64,000 nucleotides of DNA from Candidatus Woesearchaeota archaeon (GTDB lineage: Archaea > Nanobdellota > Nanobdellia > Woesearchaeales > GW2011-AR4): contig JACPBQ010000004.1 in the NCBI GenBank assembly GCA_016180235.1, positions 34,940-98,939 of the forward strand, in the 5' to 3' direction. The position numbers and the translations under genes were made by a program. Below, in pieces: positions 39,707-49,102 of this stretch (position 1 is its first letter; each line of letters starts with the position of its first letter). The notes under the pieces were generated by a model, which worked only from the letters and a program-made list of their open reading frames with translations, searched no databases and had not been told where the DNA came from.

Positions 39707-40170
39707 TAAAGCTCTTCCTCGCCATGGACTGCTCTTCTTACATAGCTTATGAAATTCCTTGCAGTCTCGTAATATTCCTTGAGTATGTCTATGTTGACCT
39801 CAACTATCTCGCCATTGTCTATGGTTACCGTCATTGTAACATGCCTCCTGTACTCTTCCCTGCTTGTATGCTTGGCCCTTTGAATCTTCCTCAATTTCAC
39901 GTAGAAATTCAAAAAATTAGTCAGCTCAGGATCGCTGAACGTGTCCCTCAAAAGCCTGCACCTTAATCCTATGTTATCCGGTATGCTGCCTATTTTCTTG
40001 TCTTCCTTCGCTTTCTTCAGCAGGGATTCAATGCCGTATGAAATGGTGCTTATAAGCCTCTCTATCATATGCTTCATCATGTCTGCAGTCCTGGTGTATT
40101 TCAGGCTCACATAGAATAAATGGTCAACCCGCTTAAGTTCCGTTATTGCATTGTCTAAAGCTTCTTTCAT
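39706..40170 (-). CDS. Hypothetical helical protein (possible HEPN-like)
   Basis: A..ELKRVDH..YVSLKYTRT; weak similarity to the neighbouring ORF. Confidence 0.7.
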   Translation of the reverse strand: MKEALDNAITELKRVDHLFYVSLKYTRTADMMKHMIERLISTISYGIESLLKKAKEDKKIGSIPDNIGLRCRLLRDTFSDPELTNFLNFYVKLRKIQRAKHTSREEYRRHVTMTVTIDNGEIVEVNIDILKEYYETARNFISYVRRAVHGEEEL

Positions 40171-40174
40171 GCTG

Positions 40175-40660
40175 CTATCTAAAGATTGTCTCGCCTTTGC
40201 TTACAATAGTAGTGACGCCTTTTATAAATAATTTTGCCTTCTCAATGTAGGTTTTCACCTCATTTGGCGATATTGCCCTCATCCTGTAATTATCCTCGCA
40301 TATGACAAACTTTTCCTTTCTTGAGAATTCCACCGGACTTTTTTTGTGCGCTATTATTATTTCCCTCAATTCTTTCATTATTTTAAGCTGCTCATCAGGA
40401 ATATTGTACTTTTTTGCGCATTTGTCCCTGAAAAGCCCGAATTTTGATGCAAAATTATCGGGAAAAGGCGGAATGCGCTTAAAAGTAAGCTCATAATGAA
40501 GAACGGAGCCCATGCTATAAGACATTGCAAGAAAAAGGTTTTCTATGGATGAAAGCAGCAGGCGGGAGTCTTTTACCAAGGGATAAGTCATAGTAATGAT
40601 GTGGTCTGCTAATTGCAGCTTTTTCATTGCCGCGTTTCTCAATTCCTGGAACTTCTCCAT
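40175..40660 (-). CDS. Hypothetical helical protein (possible HEPN-like)
   Basis: A.KKLQLADH...MTYPLVKD...LREIIIAHKKSPVEF; ATG at 40660 follows a TATA box. Confidence 0.7.
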   Translation of the reverse strand: MEKFQELRNAAMKKLQLADHIITMTYPLVKDSRLLLSSIENLFLAMSYSMGSVLHYELTFKRIPPFPDNFASKFGLFRDKCAKKYNIPDEQLKIMKELREIIIAHKKSPVEFSRKEKFVICEDNYRMRAISPNEVKTYIEKAKLFIKGVTTIVSKGETIFR

Positions 40661-40752
40661 TAAACCATCAATAGTGGAAATCAGTTTAAATATTTTTATG
40701 AAATATACAGTAAATTTGGCAAGCAATAATATAAAATCTTCTCCGCAACTAT

Positions 40753-40870
40753 AGTGCGAGGCGTTGCTGTCTAGCACATCGCAACGCCTCGCTATTCATT
40801 GAATCAATGGCGAGGCAAAAATAGTGGAGAGGCATTTTTGCCGAGCACTAAATAATGTCGCGAAGCGACA
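40753..40870. repeat. Cluster of GC-rich palindromes (REP-like)
   Basis: GCGAGGCGTTGC/GCAACGCCTCGC 12-bp stem; GGCAAAAAT/ATTTTTGCC; TGTCGC-GAA-GCGACA. Confidence 0.6.
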
Positions 40871-40937
40871 GATTGAATATTATTGTTGGATTCTTAGTGT
40901 ACAATTAATAACCTAGATTAACATAAAAAAGAATAAA

Positions 40938-41276
40938 TTATTCCTTCAAATACATTATGGCCCTTGCCAAATCGCCGTCATTTTTTTCAATTGCATGTTT
41001 TGCTTCTTTCTCTGACGCGCCTGTCTGATCCATGACAGTCTTTATGTCATCTTCGCTTATTTCAGGCTCTGAAGACAAAGGCCTTTCGTCTATGATGCCG
41101 GAAACCTGGAAAGTCTCCTGGCCCATCATGTTGACCCTGCTTACCTGCGGATTTGCTATTACAATTTCTTTGTCTGCAGTCCTTATAATGACTTCCAAAG
41201 CTTCAATTTCCTCCTGCTTTATGCCGAGCCTTTTCATAGCCTTGGCCATGTCCCTTGGATTTATTCCCGGTATCAT
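40938..41276 (-). CDS. nac: Nascent polypeptide-associated complex protein
   Basis: NPRDMAKAMKRLGI, MGQETFQV, EDDIKTVMDQTG...GDLARAI. Confidence 0.95.
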   Translation of the reverse strand: MIPGINPRDMAKAMKRLGIKQEEIEALEVIIRTADKEIVIANPQVSRVNMMGQETFQVSGIIDERPLSSEPEISEDDIKTVMDQTGASEKEAKHAIEKNDGDLARAIMYLKE

Positions 41277-41277
41277 C

Positions 41278-41451
41278 TTAAATGCCTAAAAGCCTGTTCC
41301 CGAAACTGTATAGAAACAGCATTATAACTATTACAAGAACTGAGAGTATTATTATGTGGCCCGGCTTTATCCTTATCTTGCTGTGATACTCGTCAAAGTA
41401 CCTCATCAAGCCGCCGCTTCCTGATGGTAAGTTTATTCTTTGCTGAGCCAT
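41278..41451 (-). CDS. secG: Preprotein translocase subunit Sec61beta/SecG
   Basis: Manual translation: MAQQRINLPSGSGGLMRYFDEYHSKIRIKPGHIIILSVLVIVIMLFLYSFGNRLLGI (57 aa, below the ORF-track cutoff). Confidence 0.9.
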   Translation of the reverse strand: MAQQRINLPSGSGGLMRYFDEYHSKIRIKPGHIIILSVLVIVIMLFLYSFGNRLLGI

Positions 41452-41655
41452 TTTTAAGTAGCTTATTTTTGTTATCTTATGCTGACAATCATTTCAGTTT
41501 CCATTCAATTTTATTTTTATCCGATCTTTCACAAATATTTGTTATTTCATTGTTTGATGCAAGTTTTATGTTATTTGGCATGGAAAAAAATAATTAATTA
41601 TTACCTGGATTTTCGTTTTTTTTTGGATTAAGCTGCTATTGATTATTATAAAGGT

Positions 41656-42022
41656 TGCAGGGCCAGAATAAGCCACCTTCTGTCAGGCGTTTTCGACAGC
41701 AAGGCTGTCATCGCCTGCCTTAGCATTTAACTAAGCATCTCTGGAAGCCCTCAATTCCTTCCGGAATTGAGAATTCACTGGACTTGCACCGGCCAGGGCT
41801 CACCGTTTCATCCTTTCCCATAAAGATGGTCAAGCAGTTATCTCAGCTTTCTCGCGAAAGCCTTCTTGCATATCATTCCCGATATGGGTGGTCCCGTTTC
41901 TGAGTGGTTGCCATCCGTTTCCGGATCTTGCTTCCGCAAATGGCCATATAGATTTTGGCTATAGTGGGTGGACTTTCCTCAGTTACCTCGAAAGCAACCG
42001 ACAGCTAAGTACTGACCCTGCA
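41656..42022 (-). ncRNA. rnpB: RNase P RNA
   Basis: Minus strand: TGCAGGGTCAG...GAGGAAAGTCC (CR I)...ACAGAAGGTGGCTTAT (CR V)...CTGGCCCTGCA closing P1. Confidence 0.93.
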
Positions 42023-42052
42023 GCAAAAAGCAAGAAAACACGGTTTATAAAT

Positions 42053-42349
42053 TTAACCCTTTTTTTTGCCCTGAGCACGCATAAATTCCTTTAGGCCCTT
42101 TATCTCCTCAAGCTGCTGGAGAAGGATTCCTTCCTTTATGTCCTCTCCGATGGCAAGCATTATTATAAATATTACCATGAGAAGCCACAGGAATATCGTC
42201 TGGAGGAAGCCCCAGCTCAGCTGGCTGCCCTCTATAGCATAAACCTTGCCTATAAGCATATAGCCTATAACGAGAACGAGCAATCCCACTATGAGCAGCA
42301 TCTTTTCAAACGAGCTTGTCTTCCTTATAGTTCCCATCTTTTTTGACAT
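42053..42349 (-). CDS. Small 2-TM membrane protein
   Basis: Two hydrophobic segments; TATA box upstream. Confidence 0.7.
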   Translation of the reverse strand: MSKKMGTIRKTSSFEKMLLIVGLLVLVIGYMLIGKVYAIEGSQLSWGFLQTIFLWLLMVIFIIMLAIGEDIKEGILLQQLEEIKGLKEFMRAQGKKKG

Positions 42350-42421
42350 TTACCCTGATTTCCCTTCTTTATATATTTTTCTTATTTGGTTTTGGCTTTG
42401 TTGAAAACCTCATTGCATTCG

Positions 42422-42539
42422 GGTTAGCAGCTTCAAATTTTTAATGTTATTCTTTAAGGTTGACATTCCCCGTAAGGGACGTCCCCCTTGTCAACTTGAA
42501 ATTAATTTAAAAAGAAATTTGACCTTAAGGCTGCTAACC
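42422..42539. repeat. Long imperfect inverted repeat (MITE/PATE-like)
   Basis: GGTTAGCAGC/GCTGCTAACC, TCAAATTT/AAATTTGA and GTTGACA/TGTCAAC nested arms. Confidence 0.6.
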
Positions 42540-42557
42540 TTCATTTTCAACAAAGCC

Positions 42558-43694
42558 TTATTTGGTTTTGCTTAATACAAAAACATCATACCGCTCTTTG
42601 CCGCTGTATATGGCTCTTTCTTCCTCTATCCTGAACTTATGCTTTGAGGAATATTTTTCCACCAGGTCTTTTTTTCCTATAACGGCAATTTTTCCCCTGG
42701 ATTCAAGGATAAATTCCGCCTGGTAAAAAAACTCATTGTAAAGCTTTTCAATGTCTTCTGCGCCGGAAGGGATTTTAGCTGCTATCTTGTTTACTTCGCC
42801 CTTGCCAAACTTGGTGTCAAGCCATTCCAGGTCCATGCGGCTGAAAGTTATCTTCTTTGCCATTCCCGCTATCTTGCTGTTTTTCTTCGCATAAGTTATG
42901 TACTTCATCGAGCTGTCAACATCGTAGATATCCAATTTTTTATCGGCTATTTTACCATCAATTTTTCTGAAGAATTTTTTGAAATCAAAGCTTTTGAACG
43001 CTTCAATCTTAAGGAAAGCAAATTTTTCCTTGTTGTAGAAATTTACCGGGAATTTAGAGGCAAAAAAAGCCGCTTCTATCGGGATAGTGCCTGAGCCAGA
43101 GAAGCAGTCAAGCAGGATTTCATCATCACTGTAGCCGGATAGCCTTACCAATGAGTAGGCGACAGTCCCTTTTACGCTTCCGGGATGGGTGAATATATTG
43201 TAGTTTCTTTTGCTCAAGTCAAAGCCAGCAAAGTCTATGCAAATATAACCTTTTTTTCCAGTAACATAGACAAAAATGACAATGCCGGGATTCATTAAAT
43301 CAACTTTTTGGCTATAATCCGACTTATTTTTTATCTCACCAATTATAATAGCTCCGAGCTCTTTTTCAATTTCCGGGGTTGATATGCTTTCATCGAAATC
43401 CTTGATGCATTTTACCCTAAAGGAGATGCTTTTGTTCAGCCACTCCTTAAAATCAATTTTTTGGATGTTTTTTTTGAAATCATTGAAAATATCCTTAAAA
43501 TCAAATTCAGAAAGAAGATAATAGACTCCTTTTGCTGACTGGGATAAGTAGCATAAAGTGAACAGGTCGTCGTATTTTTTGATTGGGAATTTGGTGCACC
43601 CTTCAGCAACAGAAGCCTTAGAGCCTATAAGCTCATTTACTTCCAAAGCTGCTATGTCTTCCATCCCCTTATGCGTTGTCAAAAATCCTTTCAT
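42558..43694 (-). CDS. THUMP-domain RNA methyltransferase (Trm14/RlmL-like)
   Basis: GMEDIAALEV, KVDLMNP, DLSKRNY, LDCFSGSGTIPIEAA; the NPPY motif appears degenerate. Confidence 0.85.
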   Translation of the reverse strand: MKGFLTTHKGMEDIAALEVNELIGSKASVAEGCTKFPIKKYDDLFTLCYLSQSAKGVYYLLSEFDFKDIFNDFKKNIQKIDFKEWLNKSISFRVKCIKDFDESISTPEIEKELGAIIIGEIKNKSDYSQKVDLMNPGIVIFVYVTGKKGYICIDFAGFDLSKRNYNIFTHPGSVKGTVAYSLVRLSGYSDDEILLDCFSGSGTIPIEAAFFASKFPVNFYNKEKFAFLKIEAFKSFDFKKFFRKIDGKIADKKLDIYDVDSSMKYITYAKKNSKIAGMAKKITFSRMDLEWLDTKFGKGEVNKIAAKIPSGAEDIEKLYNEFFYQAEFILESRGKIAVIGKKDLVEKYSSKHKFRIEEERAIYSGKERYDVFVLSKTK

Positions 43695-43785
43695 AATGCA
43701 TTGTTTGTTGATTCATTTTAAAAATGTTTATAATTAGAATGCCAATACTCAGCCATTAATAAAAATCAATAAGGCAATAACCCGA

Positions 43786-44217
43786 ATGAAATATAATAAC
43801 AAAATGAAAACATCCAAAAAGATACTGCTTGACACTAATTTTTTATTAGCACCGTATCAATTCAAAGTAGACATATTTTCTGAGATAGACCGGATTATAA
43901 TCGCCAAATATGAGATTATTGTGCTTGATAAAACTGTCCAGGAGCTGGAAAAAATAATCAAGAATCAGAAAGGCAAGGACAGGGAAGCAGCAAAGTTTGC
44001 ATTAAAATTAATAGAAAATAAAAAGCCAGCAATGATAAAAACCAATAATGATAGGGGAACGGATGATATTATACTCGATTATGCAGTAAAAGAAGGCTGT
44101 TTGGTAGCTACCCAAGACAAAGATTTAAAAAGGAAGCTGATTAACCAAAATATCGAGGTTATTGTCCTGAGAAAGAAAAAGTTCCTGGCAATTGCCAATG
44201 AAAAGGGCTTTGAATGA
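43786..44217 (+). CDS. PIN domain protein (Fcf1/Utp24-like)
   Basis: ILLDTNFL, ELEK, TDD.IL, VATQDKDL; conserved position upstream of rpoE1. Confidence 0.9.
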   Translation: MKYNNKMKTSKKILLDTNFLLAPYQFKVDIFSEIDRIIIAKYEIIVLDKTVQELEKIIKNQKGKDREAAKFALKLIENKKPAMIKTNNDRGTDDIILDYAVKEGCLVATQDKDLKRKLINQNIEVIVLRKKKFLAIANEKGFE

Positions 44218-44300
44218 AGTCCTCCCGGTGCAAGGGGAAGCAGGCGCGATTTTTAGCAATATATTGCACAAATCGAGTAAAATTCATACCGAGAATCAAA

Positions 44301-44918
44301 ATGTACTACAAAACCGAGATTAAGGACCATATAAGGGTTCCTCCAAACCTTTTTGACAGGAATAAGGAAGAGGCAATACTGGCAAGGGTAAAAAAGAAGT
44401 ATGACGGGTATATCTCAAATGAATTAGGCATAGTCATAGATGTTTCCAATGTCAAGGAGATAGGGGAGGGAGTAATAATTCCGGGAGACGGCTCGGCTTA
44501 CTACGAGGCTGTTTTTGAGCTGCTGACTTTCAAGCCGGAGATGCAGGAAGTTGTTGCCGGGAAGATAAAGGACATAGTTGATTTCGGGGCTTTCATTACA
44601 TTAGGCCCCATAGACGGGATGATACATGTATCACAAACAATGGATGATTTTGTATCTTTTTCAAAGGAAAAAACCTTAGCAGGAAAGGAAAGCAAGAGAA
44701 CTCTAAAGGTAAATGACGTATGCAGGGCAAGGATAGTGGCAGTTTCGTTTAAGGATCCTCTGAATCCCAAGCTCGGCCTTACAATGAGGCAGCAAGGCCT
44801 GGGAAGACTGGACTGGATAGAGGATGAAGAGCAGAAGGAAGCTCCCAAAAAAGATACAAAAAAAGAAGGCAAGAAAGAGGCAAAGAAAGAGCACAAAAGG
44901 CCGGTCAAGGGGAAATAA
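44301..44918 (+). CDS. rpoE1: RNA polymerase subunit E' (Rpo7)
   Basis: IRVPP, GEGVIIPGDG, FGAFITLGPIDGMIHVSQ, LGLTMRQQGLG. Confidence 0.97.
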   Translation: MYYKTEIKDHIRVPPNLFDRNKEEAILARVKKKYDGYISNELGIVIDVSNVKEIGEGVIIPGDGSAYYEAVFELLTFKPEMQEVVAGKIKDIVDFGAFITLGPIDGMIHVSQTMDDFVSFSKEKTLAGKESKRTLKVNDVCRARIVAVSFKDPLNPKLGLTMRQQGLGRLDWIEDEEQKEAPKKDTKKEGKKEAKKEHKRPVKGK

Positions 44919-44935
44919 AAAAGGCATGATTTAAA

Positions 44936-45121
44936 ATGAGAAAAAAAGTATGTAAGAAATGCAAATATTTTGTTGAAGGGAACGAATGCCCAATATGCAA
45001 AGGAAACCAGTTCTCAACAAACTGGCAGGGAAGGCTATATATACTGGATGCCAACAAATCGAATATCGGGAATAAAGTAGGCATAGGTGCAAAAGGCGAA
45101 TATGCAATCAAGGTAAGGTAA
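44936..45121 (+). CDS. spt4: Transcription elongation factor Spt4 (RpoE'')
   Basis: CKKC...CPIC...WQG...GEYAIKVR. Confidence 0.95.
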   Translation: MRKKVCKKCKYFVEGNECPICKGNQFSTNWQGRLYILDANKSNIGNKVGIGAKGEYAIKVR

Positions 45122-45127
45122 GATTCT

Positions 45128-45499
45128 ATGGAACTTAAAATCTCGCATAAAAAGGAAGAGCCGCTGCTTTCAAGGACAAGGCTGGAAGGCGAAGTCACGT
45201 TTGACAATGCCACCCCGTCAACAAAAGAGATCAAAAGCAATGTTGCAAAAAGCATAGGCAAGGATGAGTCTTTAGTCGATATACGGGGAATCTATAACCA
45301 GTATGGGCAGAAAAAGGCAAAGGTCGTGTGCTATGCCTATGAAAACAAGGATGTTCTGAAAAAAATAAAGATTGAGGGCAAGAAAACAAAGGAGAAAGCA
45401 GGAAAAGAAGCAAAGCAGGAAGGCGCAGAAGCTAAAGAAGGCAAGGCAGAGGAAAAGAAAGAGGCTAAACAGGAAAAAGCCAAAGAGAAAAAAGAATAA
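45128..45499 (+). CDS. rps24e: 30S ribosomal protein S24e
   Basis: EPLLSRT, ATPS, YG...YE; operon position. Confidence 0.9.
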   Translation: MELKISHKKEEPLLSRTRLEGEVTFDNATPSTKEIKSNVAKSIGKDESLVDIRGIYNQYGQKKAKVVCYAYENKDVLKKIKIEGKKTKEKAGKEAKQEGAEAKEGKAEEKKEAKQEKAKEKKE

Positions 45500-45798
45500 A
45501 GACGAATGCCAATAAAAAGAATTCAATAATAAGATAACATTAAAAAATAATAAACAATAATTAATCCCAATAAAAAATAAACAACAAAAATAATGATTAT
45601 TCAAAAATTAATAAAACAATAATAAAAACCAATGAAAATTAATTCAAAAATAAAAAAACTATTGCCTGAAATTTTTCTATAACTAACCAATAAGGAAAAA
45701 TTTCCGGATGAAAATATTTTTTCCATGCCAAATGGTATAAAGATTCCAGAAAGCAATGAAAGAACAAATAGTTGTGAACTAAGGAGATAATAACTAAG

Positions 45799-45999
45799 AT
45801 GGCAAAGAAAAAGGAAAGCAAGAGAAAGCCCATGCAGGTGTGGAAGCTCTACAAGGCTGCTGGCGGCAAAGCTGAAAGGAAGAACAGGTCATGCCCAAAG
45901 TGCGGTGTGGGGGTTTTTCTGGCTACGCACAAAGACAGAGTAACTTGCGGCAAGTGCTCTTATTCTGAATTCGGCTCTAAAAAGGAAGAGAATAAATAA
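45799..45999 (+). CDS. rps27ae: 30S ribosomal protein S27ae
   Basis: CPKCGVGVFLATHKDRVTCGKC. Confidence 0.96.
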   Translation: MAKKKESKRKPMQVWKLYKAAGGKAERKNRSCPKCGVGVFLATHKDRVTCGKCSYSEFGSKKEENK

Positions 46000-46064
46000 A
46001 ATCGGATTCTTTATTTATCGGTACATCAATTATAAGCCATACTTCTAAAATTTCTAGACAGATT

Positions 46065-46135
46065 ATACATTAATATTAAGTAATTTTTCTTATAAATTAG
46101 AAAAATTTAAATATAAATACATTAATATTAAGTAA
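46065..46135 (+). promoter_or_regulatory. Two copies of ATACATTAATATTAAGTAA flanking a TATA box
   Basis: Exact 19-bp direct repeat at 46065 and 46117, with TTTAAATA between them. Confidence 0.6.
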
Positions 46136-46147
46136 AATAACTTAAGA

Positions 46148-46690
46148 ATGAAGAAAAAAGAAAGTAAAATTACTGCAAATTCTAATATCTTGAATATTCA
46201 GAGCGATAAATCATTCCAGATTCTTAAGCTTGCTTTAGATGAAATAAAAGAGAATTATGGTGTTGGCTCTGAGGAAATATTCAATTTAATCGGAAAAAAA
46301 CCATTCTCAAAAGAAACACTGATTCCGGCTTCGATTTTTGAAGCCGATGGGCTAAGCGCTCTGGAAGCTGTTTGCAAGTACCTGAAAGAAGAGCTGGATC
46401 TTAATTACAGTAAAATCGCCTCGGTATTAAGCAGGGACAGCAGAACAATATGGACAACATATAATATTGCCTGCAAAAAAAGAAAAGAAAGACTGCCCGC
46501 AAAGGAATCTAAGTTCTTTATTCCCGCTTCAATTTTTACTGACAGGAAACTGAGCGTTCTTGAGGCCATTGTCGGCTATCTTAGGGATAAATTCAGGCTG
46601 CGATATACCGAGATTGCTGCTTTGCTGAATAGGGATGAGAGGAACATGTGGTCGGTTTATAACAGGTACAAGAAGAAAAATGGAAAATAA
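46148..46690 (+). CDS. Tandem-HTH DNA-binding protein, paralog of 50970..51488
   Basis: Two internal repeats IP.SIF....LS.LEA...YL....L.Y..IA..L.RD.R..W..Y. Confidence 0.8.
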   Translation: MKKKESKITANSNILNIQSDKSFQILKLALDEIKENYGVGSEEIFNLIGKKPFSKETLIPASIFEADGLSALEAVCKYLKEELDLNYSKIASVLSRDSRTIWTTYNIACKKRKERLPAKESKFFIPASIFTDRKLSVLEAIVGYLRDKFRLRYTEIAALLNRDERNMWSVYNRYKKKNGK

Positions 46691-47648
46691 GGAACTGCTC
46701 GAAATCTGGAAGAGGAAGCTGGCTGAGCTAGAGAATAAAGTCAAAAAACTGGAAAATAACAGAAAAGCCCTTCTTAATCTGATTGATGAGGCAAAGACAA
46801 ACCGGAATGTAAACCTAAGCATTCTGCTGAAAGACCTGAATTTGGAAGAAGAAATTTCCTATCTGGATGACAAGGTTAAATTCCATAAAGAGAATGTTCC
46901 GAGGCTTAAAAACAAGATAGAGAAGTTAAAGATAAAAATTTCGCAGCAGGAGATTGAGGACAAGCTTCTAAGCCAGCAACTGCAAGATTTAGAGAAAGAA
47001 GCTGCAGGGACATCATGGGAAGAAAATAAGGATGAAGAAGAAGGATCGATAGAGAAAGAATATGAAAAAATACCTGCAAGGATACCGAGCCCGGAAGAAA
47101 TTGAGGAGGATGCAGCAAGAATTAGGTCAGAATATGAAGAAACAGAAAAGATAAGGGCGCAGGTAAAGGAATTATTTGCGGACAGAAAAGAGGCAAAAAA
47201 ACCATTAAATCTTAAAGAGGCCCTAGGGGCAATATTAAAACCGATAGGGAAAATTGCTGAAAAAACAAAGGAATTTGACGCGCAAAAGATTATAAGGCCG
47301 TTGGCAAAAGCCAAAAAACCCTTTGAAAATATTTCTGAAAAAATAAGCAAACTTGAAAGGCAGAAAATAATAAGGTATGCGCTTCCTGCAATTATGCTTG
47401 TATTCCTTGTAAGCGTTTTATTTGTCTCGAAACCTGAAATTACCGGTTATGCAGTCCTGACAGAGAAAAACACCTATGAGGATAACCTGAATCTTATTAT
47501 TAACGAGAGCGGGAATTATACCTGGGCTGTTGACAAATCCGGCAATATAGAATCCATTAAAGCCAGCGGCAGGGTCAAGGGCAATGGCAGTGTAAAAGTT
47601 TATATCGAGAAAGATGGGGAAAGGCATCTGATATATGGCAATAAATAG
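46680..47648 (+). CDS. Coiled-coil membrane protein with TM-ITGYAV and short external domain
   Basis: Long charged coiled coil, single TM, C-terminal 70 aa paralogous to the N-terminus of 47908..48834. Confidence 0.75.
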   Translation: MENKELLEIWKRKLAELENKVKKLENNRKALLNLIDEAKTNRNVNLSILLKDLNLEEEISYLDDKVKFHKENVPRLKNKIEKLKIKISQQEIEDKLLSQQLQDLEKEAAGTSWEENKDEEEGSIEKEYEKIPARIPSPEEIEEDAARIRSEYEETEKIRAQVKELFADRKEAKKPLNLKEALGAILKPIGKIAEKTKEFDAQKIIRPLAKAKKPFENISEKISKLERQKIIRYALPAIMLVFLVSVLFVSKPEITGYAVLTEKNTYEDNLNLIINESGNYTWAVDKSGNIESIKASGRVKGNGSVKVYIEKDGERHLIYGNK

Positions 47649-47907
47649 CATGCCAATAATAAAAACAATCAGCCAGATAATGCCAATAGGGAATAATTCA
47701 ATATAAAAAACACCAATCATTAATCAATAAAAACACGGCAATAATAAAAAATCAAAAAAATAAAAACCGGCAAATAATTCAAAAATAATAACCGAAAAAA
47801 TACCAAATAAAAAATAATAGAGATTAAGCAGGTGAATAATAAAAGTAACCGACAAAACAATAAATTTTATTAAGTTACTTTGAAATAAATAATCTTAAGG
47901 CAAAAAT

Positions 47908-48834
47908 ATGCGCAAAAAAGCGAAAAAGAGGGACAAAAACAGGATAAATGCAGCAATTGTGCTAGTGGCCGTAATTGTCCTTGCATCCGGGATTCTTATT
48001 TTCAAAAAGCCTTCCATTACAGGATTTGCTGTGCTGACCGAGGAAAAGACTTATGATGATAACTTAAATTTGGTTGTGAATGAAAGCAAAGAGGTTATAT
48101 GGAACTTAAGGAATCCCGGAGACCTAAAAACAATAAAAGCTACCGGGGCTATAAGCAGGAACGGAAGCGCTAAAGTTTATATCCAGAAAGACAATGAGAG
48201 GGTTTTGCTCTTTGACAGCACCAAAGTCCTGTTTGACGTGAATGTGCAGGTGCTGCCGGACTATAAAAAAATATTCCAGGGAGAGGAGCTGCTTATACAG
48301 ATTGTACTGTTTAATTTAAAGGGTTTTGGGAGCGCTGATGTGGATGTCAAGTATTCCATAAAAGACCCGCATGGAGCCTTAATAGCTGCCGAGGAGGAAA
48401 TTGTTACTGTGGAGACCCAGGCCAAGTTTGTAAGGAAACTGCTTATACCTTCTGACTTAAAGGCGGGAGCCTATGTCGCTTTTGTTGAAGTAAAGACGCC
48501 TGACGGCCTGGTCGGGACAAGCTCTGATGTTTTTGAGGTAAATTCAAGGTTTGAGGAAAAACATCCGATACAGATTAAATATGTTATATCCGGCCTTGCT
48601 ATATTTATTATATTAATAATTATAATTATTTTCTTAACATACTTGTTTAAAAGAATTAAGAAGAAGAAAAAGGCCATAGAGGTAAAAGAAGGAATGCCAA
48701 AAGAGAAAACAGAAAAATTGGAAAAAGAGCTGGCTGCCATGGAAAGCGCGTTTAAATCCGGGCTTATTTCTGAGGAATCCTATATGAAGGATAAGGGGAG
48801 GATTGAGAAGCAACTTGGCAGGTTGGGAAAATAA
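47908..48834 (+). CDS. Two-TM membrane protein with ITGFAV motif and Ig-like external domain
   Basis: N-terminal TM plus KPSITGFAV; beta-rich middle (IPSDLKAGAY); second TM; C-terminal GLISEESY short helix motif. Confidence 0.75.
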   Translation: MRKKAKKRDKNRINAAIVLVAVIVLASGILIFKKPSITGFAVLTEEKTYDDNLNLVVNESKEVIWNLRNPGDLKTIKATGAISRNGSAKVYIQKDNERVLLFDSTKVLFDVNVQVLPDYKKIFQGEELLIQIVLFNLKGFGSADVDVKYSIKDPHGALIAAEEEIVTVETQAKFVRKLLIPSDLKAGAYVAFVEVKTPDGLVGTSSDVFEVNSRFEEKHPIQIKYVISGLAIFIILIIIIIFLTYLFKRIKKKKKAIEVKEGMPKEKTEKLEKELAAMESAFKSGLISEESYMKDKGRIEKQLGRLGK

Positions 48835-49102
48835 GGCTGCATTCAAATGATTTCTTGAGAAGGTAGACAAAGCCAAAAATGGCAACTGAGCCAATAATAT
48901 ACAAACCAGCAATAATGGAGAACAAAAGATATATTCCAACGAAAAAATGCCAATAAGGAATCAGCCAAAACCCATGCCAATTATAATATCCGATAAAACT
49001 ACCATACAAGTCAAATAAAAAATAAAAAGCAACAACAATATGATGGCTAGCTATATTTGAACGATTTTCTGATTGCTCTTTTGAATGGTTATTTGAAAGA
49101 AT

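Noticed and set aside
41888-42094. 68-aa plus-strand ORF
   Set aside because: Antisense to the RNase P RNA.
45121-45128. Absence of DUF359 (dephospho-CoA kinase) between spt4 and rps24e
   Set aside because: Loss or relocation is unremarkable in reduced genomes and cannot be judged from one window.
48634-49009. Hydrophobic minus-strand ORFs (also 45272..45604 and 47418..47720)
   Set aside because: Their hydrophobicity follows from reading A-rich spacers in antisense; they overlap real genes and lack recognisable motifs.
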